Part shown: piece by piece, positions 30,333 through 40,952 of the stretch
How the letters are laid out: each line of letters begins with the position of its first letter
How positions within the stretch are numbered: the stretch's first letter is position 1
Source of the DNA: an uncultured Gemmatimonadales bacterium
Lineage (GTDB): Bacteria; Gemmatimonadota; Gemmatimonadetes; Gemmatimonadales; Gemmatimonadaceae
Length of the DNA: 64,000 nucleotides
Assembly (NCBI GenBank): GCA_963707505.1
Contig: CAVPQB010000006.1
Span: 736,001-800,000 of the forward strand
Direction: 5' to 3'
The notes under the pieces: generated by a model
Told to the model about the DNA's origin: nothing
What the model saw: the letters and a program-made list of their open reading frames with translations, nothing else
Databases searched by the model: none
Translations under genes and position numbers: made by a program

Positions 30333-30784
30333 TTCTCTGACTCCCGCGATCCTTGCGTGGCCCGCCGATCTTTGCGGGACGCGCGCGGCGCCCTAGCGGC
30401 GGGCGAATCGCGGGATCCCTGGCACCGAGTGCATTGGCCCCATGACTCGACCAGCGATAATCCTTGCGCTCCGCCACGATCCCAGGCGTGACGAGCAGAT
30501 GAACATGGTTGGTCATGAGCACGTACGCATGCACGGCACAATGTTCCCGCATGGACAGTTCACGCAGAGCTTGCAGGTAACGGAGATAGTCCGATTCACG
30601 AAAGAAGCACGGCCTGCGATCGTTGCCAGGTTGGATAACGTGCTGCGCGATGCCAGGAATGTCCAGGCGCGGCTGGCGTGCGATGGTGAAGCTCCTGTGA
30701 AGGGAGCCACACAATACTATGGGGCGGCGTCATGCCATTCAGTCGATTGCAACATCTGAAACCGGAATACCGCGCTCTGACCCC
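30318..30784 (-). mobile_element. Family B TIR-bounded Y1 (HUH) tyrosine-transposase element, internally deleted
   Basis: TIRs GGGGTCAGAGTGCAC / GCGCTCTGACCCC; encloses a transposase remnant. Confidence 0.88.
30322..30684 (-). pseudogene. Y1_Tnp (RAYT/TIRYT-like) transposase remnant
   Basis: ARQPRLDIPG..QHVIQ.GNDR..CF...YVLMTNHVHLLVTP (HUH) joins almost directly to DYRWSS..ANALG. The catalytic Tyr region is missing, and ATC stands where the ATG is expected. The frame ends SAL* inside the TIR. Confidence 0.88.
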
Positions 30785-30850
30785 TATTCCCCCATTTTCC
30801 CGGCAAACCCTATATTCCAGAGTCTTTCCGACCCACAACCAGCAGGCGCC

Positions 30851-33800
30851 TTGGCGGATCTTCGATCGCGTGTCGAGCAGTCGTTGTCTGGCAGCTACAC
30901 TCTTGAGCGCGAACTCGGCGGCGGCGGGATGTCGCGCGTGTTCGTGGCCAGCGAGGACCGCCTCGGCCGACGGGTAGTCGTCAAGGTGCTGTCGACCGAA
31001 CTGGCGGCGGCGATGTCGGTGCCGCGGTTCGAGCGCGAAATTCGCGTTGCAGCGTCGCTGCAGCAAGCCAATATCGTACCGGTGCTCGCGGCCGGCGACA
31101 TCGACGGCATTCCGTACTATACGATGCCCTACGTCGAAGGTGAGAGTCTCCGCGCGCGGCTGGGCCGCAAGCCGCTCGCCATTTCAGAAGTGCTCAGCAT
31201 ACTTCGCGATGTCGCACGCGCGCTGGCGTACGCGCATGAACGCGGAGTGGTTCATCGCGACATCAAGCCGGACAACGTGCTGCTTTCGGGGCACACCGCC
31301 GTAGTCACCGACTTCGGTATCGCGAAGGCGATCGCGGCCGCAGCCGCGAGTCCCACCGGCGCGACACTCACGCAATTGGGCACCGCCGTGGGGACGCCGG
31401 CCTACATGGCGCCGGAACAGGCTGCGGGTGATCCGGCAACCGATCACCGCGCCGATCTCTACGCGTTCGGCTGCATGGCGTACGAGTTGCTCGCCGGTCG
31501 AGCAGTGTTTCCCGACCTCGCACCACACAAGTTGCTGGTCGCGCACATGACGGAGACGCCGACGCCGGTCGCTGATCTGCGATTGGATTGCCCACCTGCG
31601 CTCGCGTCGCTGGTGATGCAGTGCCTGGCGAAGTCGCCCGCCGCGCGGCCGGCAAGTGCCACCGAGCTGCTGCAGCGCCTGGACAACACCACATCGGGCG
31701 CCGGTGGCGTAATGCCCGGGATACTGATCGGCGGACGTCCCATGCTGTGGCGCGCACTCGGGATCTACGTCGCTGCCTTCATCGGCGTCGCGATCCTGGC
31801 GCGTGCGGCGATCATCGCGATCGGTCTGCCGGACTGGGTCTTTTCCGGCGCACTCGTCGTCATGGCGCTTGGATTGCCCGTGGTGCTGTTCACCGCGTAC
31901 ACACAGTACATCGCGCGGCGGGTCGCCACGGCGACACCGGTGTACACAGCCGGCGGCACACGGTCGCTCGCCGGCCACGGAACCATGGCGACCATCGCCA
32001 TCAAGGCGAGTCCGCACGTATCGTGGCGGCAGACCGCTCGCGGCGGCATCGCGGCCGTGAGCACGTTCGTGCTCCTGATCGCTGGCTACATGCTGCTCCG
32101 AGTCCTCGGCATCGGACCGGCGGGATCGCTGTTCGCCGCCGGGACACTCGCCGCGAATGACAATGTCATAGTTGCCGCGTTCGACGCGCCGGGCGCTGAT
32201 TCGTCGCTCGGATCGACCATCGCAGAAGCCGTGAAAACCGGTCTGTCGCAGAGCCGCGCAGTGCACGTCATGCCGACCGCATCCGTGGTCGCGGCGCTCG
32301 AACAGATGCGGCGGCCGGATACGGCACGCGTCGACTTCACCACCGCGCGCGAGATCGCGCGACGAACCGGCGCGAAGGCGGTGCTGGCGGGAAGCGTCGT
32401 ACCGGCGGGAGCGGGTTACGTCATTACGGCCAGACTCGTCGGCGCCGAGAGCGGCAACGATCTCGCGTCATTCAGTGAATCGGCAAAGGATGCCGGCGAC
32501 CTCATCCCCGCTGTCGACCGCGTCACCAAGGAACTGCGACGGAAGATCGGCGAGTCGCTCAAGTCGGTGCGCGAAGCACCGAGCCTGGACCAGGTAACGA
32601 CCGCCTCGCTCGGCGCACTCCAGAGTTACACCGCCGGCAACTTCGCCAACGACGTGCAGGCGGACTATCCGGCCGCGATGCAGCACTACCAGGACGCCAT
32701 ACGGCAGGACAGCACATTTGCCATGGCGCATGTGGAATTGGCGTTCACATTGCAGACGGTGGGTGGACCGGCACGAATGGCGGAAGCCCGCAGCGAGCTC
32801 ACCAAAGCGTTCCGGCTCAGCGATCGCCTTCCGGAACGGGAGCTGTACAACGTCCAGGGCGCCTACTACACGTTCGTCGCACTCGACCGTCGGCGGGCAA
32901 TCGCGGCGTTCCGCCGAGCCATCGCGATCGATTCCACCAACACCGATGCGGCCAATTCGCTCGCCGTCACCCTTGCCAGCGTGCGCGACACGACCGGTGC
33001 CGTGCAGATGTACAAGCTCAGCCTCGCTGACGACTCGGCCGATGGGACACTGCTGAGCAACCTGGCTCTCGAATACCTCGGCATGGGCCGGTACCGGGAC
33101 GTCGATTCGGTGCTGGCACTGTTCGCCAGCCGTCACGTGCCATTTCCCACCGACGCTATCAGGTATGCCGAGTTCTGGAGCAAGCATCAATACGATTCAG
33201 CAGAACACATCGCGCGCGTCGGCGTGGACCACGCCGACGCGTTCCACGCTGCGAGAGCGCTGAACGGTCTCGCCGCCGTAGTGCGGCTACGGGGCAGACT
33301 GCACGACGCCGCGCGACTGTCCATGCAGTCGAATGCTGCACTGGCCCACGTGGACGGCCACGATCCGAACGCGTACGAGATGGCCTACGTCCAGGCCATG
33401 ACGGACGGCGTGATCCGCGGGAACGCATCGCGCGGAATCGCTGAGCTCGACTCGACACTCCGGGCGCAGCCCATGCCGCCCGCTTCGGTTGCGCATGTCA
33501 ATCTGGCCGGGGTCTATGCGCAACTGGGCGCTACTGCAAAGGCACGTGAGTTGTTGAGCCAGTACGAATCCACACTCGACTCGCTGACCCGCCGCCAGAG
33601 CGCAGTGAATATCATGCGCGTTCGCGCGATGATTGCCATGGCAGACGGAAAGACTGACAGTGCGGTCGCATACTTTCGCCAGGGTGATGTCCAGCCCGAC
33701 GGACTTCCGTCCCCCAATTGCGCCGCCTGTACGCTATATGGTATTGGCATTGCCTACGACCGGGGTCATCAGGCCGACTCCGCGCGCAAGTACCTGACCG

Positions 33801-34027
33801 AGTATGTCGACAAGCCAGGCGGCGGTCGCATCACCCCCGATCCGTACTACCTCGCGCTTGCACTCGACCGGCTGGGCGAGCTCTACCAGAGTGCAGGCGA
33901 CACCAAGCGCGCCATCATGTACTACAGCCGGTTCGTCGACCTCTGGAAAAACGCGGACCCCGATCTGCAACCGCGCGTCAGCGACGTACGGAAGCAGATA
34001 ACAGCGCTGCTGCGCGCGAAGGGGTGA
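30851..34027 (+). CDS. Hanks-type Ser/Thr protein kinase with TM segments and a TPR domain
   Basis: ELGGGGMSRV, VHRDIKPDN, DFGIAK and GTPAYMAPEQ motifs; C-terminal TPR ending LWKNADPDLQP. Confidence 0.93.
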   Translation: MADLRSRVEQSLSGSYTLERELGGGGMSRVFVASEDRLGRRVVVKVLSTELAAAMSVPRFEREIRVAASLQQANIVPVLAAGDIDGIPYYTMPYVEGESLRARLGRKPLAISEVLSILRDVARALAYAHERGVVHRDIKPDNVLLSGHTAVVTDFGIAKAIAAAAASPTGATLTQLGTAVGTPAYMAPEQAAGDPATDHRADLYAFGCMAYELLAGRAVFPDLAPHKLLVAHMTETPTPVADLRLDCPPALASLVMQCLAKSPAARPASATELLQRLDNTTSGAGGVMPGILIGGRPMLWRALGIYVAAFIGVAILARAAIIAIGLPDWVFSGALVVMALGLPVVLFTAYTQYIARRVATATPVYTAGGTRSLAGHGTMATIAIKASPHVSWRQTARGGIAAVSTFVLLIAGYMLLRVLGIGPAGSLFAAGTLAANDNVIVAAFDAPGADSSLGSTIAEAVKTGLSQSRAVHVMPTASVVAALEQMRRPDTARVDFTTAREIARRTGAKAVLAGSVVPAGAGYVITARLVGAESGNDLASFSESAKDAGDLIPAVDRVTKELRRKIGESLKSVREAPSLDQVTTASLGALQSYTAGNFANDVQADYPAAMQHYQDAIRQDSTFAMAHVELAFTLQTVGGPARMAEARSELTKAFRLSDRLPERELYNVQGAYYTFVALDRRRAIAAFRRAIAIDSTNTDAANSLAVTLASVRDTTGAVQMYKLSLADDSADGTLLSNLALEYLGMGRYRDVDSVLALFASRHVPFPTDAIRYAEFWSKHQYDSAEHIARVGVDHADAFHAARALNGLAAVVRLRGRLHDAARLSMQSNAALAHVDGHDPNAYEMAYVQAMTDGVIRGNASRGIAELDSTLRAQPMPPASVAHVNLAGVYAQLGATAKARELLSQYESTLDSLTRRQSAVNIMRVRAMIAMADGKTDSAVAYFRQGDVQPDGLPSPNCAACTLYGIGIAYDRGHQADSARKYLTEYVDKPGGGRITPDPYYLALALDRLGELYQSAGDTKRAIMYYSRFVDLWKNADPDLQPRVSDVRKQITALLRAKG

Positions 34028-34047
34028 CGGAACGCGAGCAGGCTCGC

Positions 34048-34103
34048 AGTGCACTGCTCTGGTAAATGCGAACTGAGGCGTCGGGAAACTCCACTCTGAC
34101 CCC
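34048..34103. repeat. Short degenerate family B element
   Basis: AGTGCACT...CTGGTAAATGCGA...CCACTCTGACCCC; the interior resembles the copy at 45427. Confidence 0.65.
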
Positions 34104-34116
34104 AATTCATCACGCC

Positions 34117-35358
34117 TTACCAGCCGAACACGGTGCCGTGTGGAACCGCGGCTCCGGTCGCACCATGTGGCCAGGTCGCGCGATCGAACGCGATTCCGGG
34201 GCGCGTCGAGCCTGCATCGCGAAACGCGCTGTCGAGCACAAGCCTGCCCGTCGCACGATCGATCTTCAGCATCCAGATGCGACGCTCGGCCGTCGGACCA
34301 GGCTCGTTCACGACGACGATGCGGGATCCGTCGGTCGCCAGCCAGTGCGGTCGCTGTCGCTCATCGAACGTCACCGACGAAACCTTGCGAACGTTTGCCG
34401 GGTCGCGGACGTCCAGCGAAAAGACGCGATGAGTGGCAGCGTTGGACTGGATCCAGTAGTTGCCTATCACCACCGGCGTTGCGCATCCACTCTCATCCTC
34501 GTGATGAACCATCTCCAGATCCGGATCGCGGCCGTCGAGCCCGGTGACGCGGTACAGCCGGCACGCAACGGTGTTCACAAGGACCGTACGACCGTCCTGC
34601 AACAGGCGTGGCTCATTCGGTCCATCGTTCGACGCAAGTCTGATCGTCTTGACCAGCATGAGATCTGATAGCCGATACACCTGTACCTGATCGCCGGAAT
34701 GGTCGTGCGCGATCGACGCGCGTAGCGGATGCCAGCTCGGAATGGGCATGGACGTAAGCGCAACGACGACACGATCGAGCGACGGAACGACGGCAAGGCT
34801 GTACGGGCGCAACGCTGTCTGGTCCGCACTCGAATCCGCAGCGGAACGCCAGCGCACGACCCGCCCTCGCTCGTCGAGTTCGGCGATGCCGCCTGGCGCT
34901 TCGTTGCTCGGACCGTGTCCCTGGAACGTCGCCAGAACGTGGCCGCCGGGAATTCGCACGAAGCTGTGCAGAAAGCTGAGCCCGGCGACGCCATCGAAGC
35001 GTTCCACCACCTTGGGATGCAAGGGATCGTGAAGATCGAATAGCACGTTGCGATTGCCAGCGAACCCATTGGCGAACAGCATCCTGCCTGGACCGAGTTC
35101 GTGCTCGGTGTGGTGCGGCCAGATTCCCTTTTCGCCGATCGGGGTTGTCGCAACGATGGCTCCGTACCGGTCGCCATCCCATGCAAGGTCGATAACAGCG
35201 AGGAAATCACTGTCCTTGCGATCTTCATCTCCGGTCCAGGAGAACAGGTATCGAGCTGGCAGCGGTTCCGCGCTGTCGAGCGCCGGCGGTGCGTGTCTCG
35301 CGCAGGCGAGGATGGCGACGACGAGTGCGGCGTGCAAGCGGCGGAGCGGCAATGTCAT
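34117..35358 (-). CDS. Predicted lipoprotein beta-propeller, possibly SBP56/methanethiol-oxidase-like
   Basis: Lipobox-like ILAC, DFLAVID, PHHTEH, RPHWL and C-terminal WPHG...VPHG motifs. Confidence 0.6.
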   Translation of the reverse strand: MTLPLRRLHAALVVAILACARHAPPALDSAEPLPARYLFSWTGDEDRKDSDFLAVIDLAWDGDRYGAIVATTPIGEKGIWPHHTEHELGPGRMLFANGFAGNRNVLFDLHDPLHPKVVERFDGVAGLSFLHSFVRIPGGHVLATFQGHGPSNEAPGGIAELDERGRVVRWRSAADSSADQTALRPYSLAVVPSLDRVVVALTSMPIPSWHPLRASIAHDHSGDQVQVYRLSDLMLVKTIRLASNDGPNEPRLLQDGRTVLVNTVACRLYRVTGLDGRDPDLEMVHHEDESGCATPVVIGNYWIQSNAATHRVFSLDVRDPANVRKVSSVTFDERQRPHWLATDGSRIVVVNEPGPTAERRIWMLKIDRATGRLVLDSAFRDAGSTRPGIAFDRATWPHGATGAAVPHGTVFGW

Positions 35359-35361
35359 GGC

Positions 35362-35892
35362 CTACAGCAACGCGATGAAATCATCGCCGGAAACTGCCGT
35401 CAATGATTTTGGCAACACGGGATGCGGGAGCGGGCGGATGAGCGCCCACATCGACGGATGAATTGCCGATTCATATTGACGGAACTCGCTGTCGTAAATC
35501 CGTTGATACTCCGACTGGAACTCCATCAGGTATTGGTCGACCGCCAATCCGTTCGTGTCTTTCGATTGCATCTTCTCGATGCACGCCGCGACGCGAAAGA
35601 AGAATGAATGCAAGCGATTGATCCGCGCAGCGGCATCACGATGACCATCGGCCGCCAGCTCCCATTCCTTTTCTTCCAGGAGATGCCAGAACCTGACGGT
35701 CTCCGTGTGTGCATACTCCAGATCCCTTGGAGCGGGAGATACAGGATATCCCTGGAAGTGCTGCCTGGTGCGACCCACATCACGAAGTATCTCGCCAAAG
35801 CGCTTTCTGCGCTCGAAAACAACCGTCGCATACAGCGACAGAATGGCTCCAAGAAGCAGCACGAGGACGTCCGAGAAAACGCCGGACTCCAT
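35362..35892 (-). CDS. Hypothetical protein with one N-terminal TM (the ORF can be extended to 36081)
   Basis: Open frame with a TM segment followed by a soluble helical region; no family recognised. Confidence 0.55.
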   Translation of the reverse strand: MESGVFSDVLVLLLGAILSLYATVVFERRKRFGEILRDVGRTRQHFQGYPVSPAPRDLEYAHTETVRFWHLLEEKEWELAADGHRDAAARINRLHSFFFRVAACIEKMQSKDTNGLAVDQYLMEFQSEYQRIYDSEFRQYESAIHPSMWALIRPLPHPVLPKSLTAVSGDDFIALL

Positions 35893-36144
35893 TCCGCCAC
35901 TCGCATCCGGGGCAGCCGCCCGACTCGTGGCGGAAGGCTGCGTAGCTGGACGACTCGTGGCAGGCGTGCCGCGCGCTCGGCCAGCGGAGACAACGATCAA
36001 ACCCAGCCAGAGAGCGGCAGCTATCTTCGGCATCAGTCGACTCGCCCTTGGGGTGTCCCGTGTCATTGGCCCGGTACTCACTGAGGAAGATCATACACCT
36101 CCCGTTCATTCTGGCAAGCAGGTGCGATTCCGATCGGAATAACC

Positions 36145-36508
36145 GGGGTCAGAGTGCACTTATCAATGCCTTGCGATCCTTGTGCGGCCGTCCGCTCTCC
36201 GCGGGACCGGCGCGGCGACCCAGCTGCGCTTCGATACTCACACGAAAGCTGTCCGTGCCAAGCGCATGCTGGCGTTGCAGCTGTAAGCGAATGGCGTGAA
36301 GGTCCTGCTCCGATACAGCACCGGTGACCAGGGTCCGATATGCCGCACGCCTCGTTGCGTCGTTCTCGCCGAGCGCGAGGTAGTTCGAGTGTGCGCGAAT
36401 CACGGTATCCTCGGCGCCGAGTGCATTAGCGCGATAACTCGACGGGATCGCAGTGTGTCCTTTCAGTCGATTGCAACGACTGGAATCGGAAAACTGCACT
36501 CTGACCCC
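36145..36508 (-). mobile_element. Family B element carrying only the C-terminal part of the Y1 transposase
   Basis: TIRs GGGGTCAGAGTGCACTT / TGCACTCTGACCCC; encodes SSYRANALG...YRTLV....IRLQLQRQHALGTDSF...LGRRAGP...GRP...SAL*; shares the subterminal TTCAGTCGATTGCAAC with the 30318 element. Confidence 0.88.
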
Positions 36509-36578
36509 AATTACCCCAATTACCCATGACTCGGCAATATCTTGTGGGTTACCGTTCCACCTCATACCCGAGACAGCC

Positions 36579-37982
36579 ATGCCACTACGCGTCAACCTGT
36601 CCCTCGCAGCACTCTGCTTCATCGCTGCCGCACCGACGATCCACGCGCAGGACGACGCTCTCGTCGCGAGGGCGCACGCGATCCACGATCGGGTGATCAA
36701 GCTCGACACGCACGTGGACTTCAACCCGTCGTCCATGAGCGACACACCGCCCAATTACATGACGGGACTTCACAACCAGGTCGATCTGCCCAAGATGAAG
36801 GCCGGCTACAACGGCATCTTCTTCTCGATCTATGTAGGACAGGGTGAGCTGACGCCGGCCGGATACCAGCGCGCATACGAGGCGGACGTCGCCAAGTTCG
36901 ATGCCGTGCACAAGCTGGCGGAGAAGATGGCGCCCGACCAGATCGAGATCGCGCGCACTGCCGCCGACGTGCGCCGCATAGCGAAGAGCGGCAAGCTCGT
37001 CGCGTTGATGGGCGTGGAGAACGGTTATGGGATCGGCACCGACATTACTCGAGTGAAGGAATTCGCCGATCGCGGCGCACGCTATCTGTCACTCGCGCAC
37101 AACGGTCACAGTCAGTTGTCCGATTCCAACACCGGCGAGGCCGACAACGTCTGGATGTGGCACGGCGTGAGCCCGCTCGGCAAGCAGGTCGTGGCGGAGG
37201 CGAACAAGTGGGGCATCATGCTCGACATATCGCATCCGTCCAAGGAATCGAACATGTGGGTGATGGCCAACAGCAAGGCACCGGTTATCGCGTCGCATTC
37301 CGCGGTCCGCGCGCTGTGTCCCACCGCATCGCGCGACCTGGACGACGAGCAGCTGCTCGCGCTCAGGAAGAACGGCGGTGTGATGCAGACTGTCGCGTTC
37401 ACCGGTTATCTGGTTTGCACGCCCGCTACATCCAAGGAGCGGACAGCGGCGCTCGAAGCACTGGCCACGCAGTACAACCTGCCGGTCGCCGTCGTGAGCC
37501 GCGACAACGGCTCGGCTACCGCAGGTTCCGGCGAGGGACGGAGCGCCGTTGTTCGTTCGGCGGCCTGCTCGATCGGTGATCCGCCAGTGGAGCCACAATC
37601 CGCCGCGCGTCCTGCGCGCGCGAATCCGCTGACGGCCATGGATGACACGACACGCGCGCGTTACCAGGCCCAGCGCGATGCAATCGATGCACAGTATCCC
37701 GCGCCAGTGCCGGCGCGGCGCGCAAACGTGAAGGATTTCGTCGATCACATCGACTACGCAGTCAAGAAGATCGGAATCGATCACGTCGGCATCTCATCCG
37801 ACTTCGACGGCGGCGGTGGCATCGACGGATACAACTGCGCCGCCGAGGCCCCCAATGTCACCGTCGAGCTCGTGCGGCGCGGATACACGGAAGCTCAGAT
37901 CGCGCAGCTATGGGGCGGGAATTTGTTGCGCGTGATGGAACAGGCCGAGCAGGTGGCGACGAAGCTGCAGGCAGGCCGCTAG
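36579..37982 (+). CDS. Membrane dipeptidase (peptidase M19)
   Basis: LDTHVD, GVENG, LAHNGH, DISHPS, ASHS and HVGISSDFDGGG motifs. Confidence 0.93.
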   Translation: MPLRVNLSLAALCFIAAAPTIHAQDDALVARAHAIHDRVIKLDTHVDFNPSSMSDTPPNYMTGLHNQVDLPKMKAGYNGIFFSIYVGQGELTPAGYQRAYEADVAKFDAVHKLAEKMAPDQIEIARTAADVRRIAKSGKLVALMGVENGYGIGTDITRVKEFADRGARYLSLAHNGHSQLSDSNTGEADNVWMWHGVSPLGKQVVAEANKWGIMLDISHPSKESNMWVMANSKAPVIASHSAVRALCPTASRDLDDEQLLALRKNGGVMQTVAFTGYLVCTPATSKERTAALEALATQYNLPVAVVSRDNGSATAGSGEGRSAVVRSAACSIGDPPVEPQSAARPARANPLTAMDDTTRARYQAQRDAIDAQYPAPVPARRANVKDFVDHIDYAVKKIGIDHVGISSDFDGGGGIDGYNCAAEAPNVTVELVRRGYTEAQIAQLWGGNLLRVMEQAEQVATKLQAGR

Positions 37983-37984
37983 AG

Positions 37985-38061
37985 AAACCGGGGTCAGAGT
38001 GCACTTTTCAGTTTGCAACGCGACGTGCAGCAAACTGAAAAGTGCACTCTGACCCCGGTTT
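37985..38061. repeat. Family B hairpin with 32-bp perfect arms between convergent genes; likely also a terminator
   Basis: AAACCGGGGTCAGAGTGCACTTTTCAGTTTGC ... GCAAACTGAAAAGTGCACTCTGACCCCGGTTT followed by a T-run. Confidence 0.9.
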
Positions 38062-38064
38062 TTT

Positions 38065-40566
38065 TCAGCCGCCGATCGGTGTTCCCGGCGGCAGCGGGAT
38101 CACTCCCGTCGGACGCGGCGGCGCGATGCGGCGATCCAGCCAGTTCCGCACGTTGCGAACGACTTCCGCGTTCGCCGCGCGATCCTCCGTATCTGTCGTC
38201 TTCGCGGCCGACGAGGGTCGTTGCCAATCGATTCAAACGATCGTTGGCGACGGCCTGCACATCTGCCGTCGATTTCTGATCGGCCGCAAGCGCGAACAGT
38301 GCGTCGACCACCGCGCGCCTCGCCTGGCGACGGACGCCGCGCTCGTACGCCGTCGTCGCTGTCGCGTTCGTGTAGACGCCGTCGATCATCTGCCCGATCA
38401 CTTCGTCGGCCGACGGCGATGCAGCGTCGCGCGCATGAAACGACATCACGCGCTCGATGCGATCGGGCTGCAGAATTCCATCAGCAACGTTGCCAGCCAG
38501 CGCGCGCGCGATGGCCAGCGGATCGTAGACGATCCCCGCCGGCGTCGTCGCGAAGCCCCAGCCGCCGCCGATATCCGTAGGGCGACGGCGGAATCATCTT
38601 CACTATGCGCTCGGGCACCGCGAGCTCGCGCGGCTGAATCGTCGCGATCAGCTCGCGCAGCGCTTCCCGCTGCTTCGCCGGCGCGATGACTGTCGCCGGT
38701 GTCTGTCCGTCGCCGCGCAACGCGAAGGTGTACTCCATGCCGCCGATCGCCTTCGTCGCCGCTTCGATCGCGTAGCGATGATGCAGATAGACGGGCACGA
38801 AGCGCTCGTTGATCATCCACATCGGCTCGCCGGGCGCGATCACCGATTCGTTGAACTTGGAGATCAGCACGTCGCGCACCGCGCTCTCGCGCGCGAGCTC
38901 CTTCACCGCGTCGTCGCCGTTCAACCAGCGCGTCACCTCGGGGATCACACCCGCCGACGCGTCGCGATCGGTCAGAAAGCGCGCGCCGCCAGCGATCGCC
39001 TGACGCGCCAGCGCTTCCTGCCCCGCGCGCTCTGCTGCAGCGTTTGGATACTGCGTGTAGTCGAAGCGAATCGCCAGCGTGTCGTACGCGCCCGTGCCCG
39101 TTGCCCACGCGTGCGAAACGTCGAGCGTGCCGTTCGGCCTCAGCGTCACCAGCGGACCCGGATAGTCCATCACACTGGCGCGGCCGAACGCGTGCGAGAT
39201 GTAGTTGTGCGCGAGGCCGAGCGTGTGGCCGATCTCGTGCGCGACGTGCTGGCGGCGGCGCGACATGGCGAACTCGGTGCCGTTGACGTTGGGATCGAGC
39301 GACGCCATCCAGTCAGCTGCCTTCTCCGTCCATCGCCGGCGTCATACCCGGCGAAGATGTTGTAGTCGGTGATCGAGCGATACGTGTCCATCTTGAGCAT
39401 CGCCTTGATGATCTCGCCCGTGCGCGGATCGACGAACGACTGACCCACGGAGAAGCCCGGATCGCTCCGGTGCACCCACTGGATGATCGAATAGCGTGCG
39501 TCCATCGGATCGACGCCGGCCGGGAGATCCTCGACGCGAAACGCGTTCTTGAATCCGGCCGCCTCGAACGTCTTTGTCCACCACGACGCGCCCTGACGGA
39601 ACGCGGTGCGATACGGCTCCGGAATGCCCGGATCGAGATAGTACACGATGGGCTTGACCGGCTCGGACATCGCGGCCGACGGATCCTTCTTCTCGAGGCG
39701 CCAGCGATTGATCCAGCGCGTCTCCGGCTTCTCGGTGAACGGGCGCGAGAAATCGTGAACGTCACCGAGAAGATGCCGACGCGCGGATCGAACGCGCGCG
39801 GCTTGTAGTTCGGAATCGGGCAGCTCGACGAACGAGAAGTGCTCGCGCAGCGTGAGCGCCTCGGCATCCGGCGTATGACGCGCGACTTCGCGGCCCGGTG
39901 CATCGCTCGCGAAAGTGAGCAGCGTCTCGATTTCGGTGTTCTTTGGAAACGCCTTGGTGTGCGGCAGGTAGATCGCGCTGCGATTGCGATCGAGCCGATA
40001 CGTGCCCTGCTTCTGCCGCTGGATCGTCGAGCTGACATTCATCACATCCTGCAGCGCGAAAGTCCGTCGCGTCGACCAGCAGCCGCCCACCTTCCTCGGC
40101 GACGATCGGCATGCCGGCGAGCGTCGACGTGGCGAAGGACTCCTCGACCGCGTGCGCCTGGAGCGAGTCGGCCGTCGCCGCGATAACGTGTGTTCTGGCG
40201 GATGAGCAGCACGCGCGGGCCGAAACGCTCGAAGCGCACGATCGCCTCGTCGCCCGTCGTCCCGCGATCGAGCCCGAGCTCGTTCGATCCCAGGCCAGTG
40301 GCGAGCGTGGGCAGGTAGAGGAAATCCTGACCGAGACGCTGCACCTCGAGGAGAAGCTTGCCGGTGTGCTCGTCGTAGTAGAACGGGATGAAGCCGTCGT
40401 GGCGCTCCATGCCCGCGGTCTGCGAGGCGATGCTGCGCGCGGGCTGAGCGGCCGCGGGTTGGGCCGCGGGTTGCGCGGCCGTGCGCTGGGCTCGGAGTGC
40501 GATGGGGGCGGATACAAGGACGAAGGTGACGACGGAGGCCACGAGGGCGTAGCGGGCAACGCGCAT
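38065..40566 (-). CDS. Zinc-dependent metalloprotease (DUF5117/DUF4953 type), split across several frames
   Basis: Fragments GLGSNELGLDRG, PKNTEIE, RWRLEKKDP..VKPIVYYLDP, AHEIGHTLGLAHN, SVMDYP and the end PPGTPIGG*; many indels, probably sequencing errors. Confidence 0.85.
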
Positions 40567-40779
40567 GGGCGATCGGGGGAGGGCGGAAGATTGAACGAAG
40601 ACGCCAATGTGGCGCACAAGCGGGTCCGATGCAATGCGGCCTGCATCGGGGGCACTCCCGGAGACCGCTCGTCAGCATCGGCGTCCGTCAGGCCGCGTGC
40701 TCCGAATCGAGTCCGACGAAGCACAGATCGGCACGCATGGCTGCTGCACGAACCGATCGGGCATGGGGGTCAGGGCATG

Positions 40780-40948
40780 GGGGTCAGGTCTTGCGCCGTG
40801 CGCCGCTCCCGGTCATCGCCGTGTTTCGTTACATCGTGCGACGCTTCAATTGCACGATCGGCGACCGACTTCGGTATCCATTCTTCGCGCGTGAGCCGGA
40901 TTGTAAGCAACTCAGAGTGACGGCGCGCACGGCGCAAGACCTGACCCC
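40780..40948 (+). mobile_element. Family A element, full length (169 bp)
   Basis: TIRs GGGGTCAGGTCTTGCGCCGTGCGC / GCGCACGGCGCAAGACCTGACCCC; the same C-to-G variant is present in both arms. Confidence 0.9.
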
Positions 40949-40952
40949 GTCC

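Noticed and set aside
30322..30714. Intact active transposase
   Set aside because: The expected start codon is mutated, the central catalytic-Tyr region is deleted, and the ORF is only ~120 aa.
38065..40566. Programmed frameshifting or recoding in the metalloprotease
   Set aside because: Too many shifts and no consistent slippery site; sequencing error is simpler.
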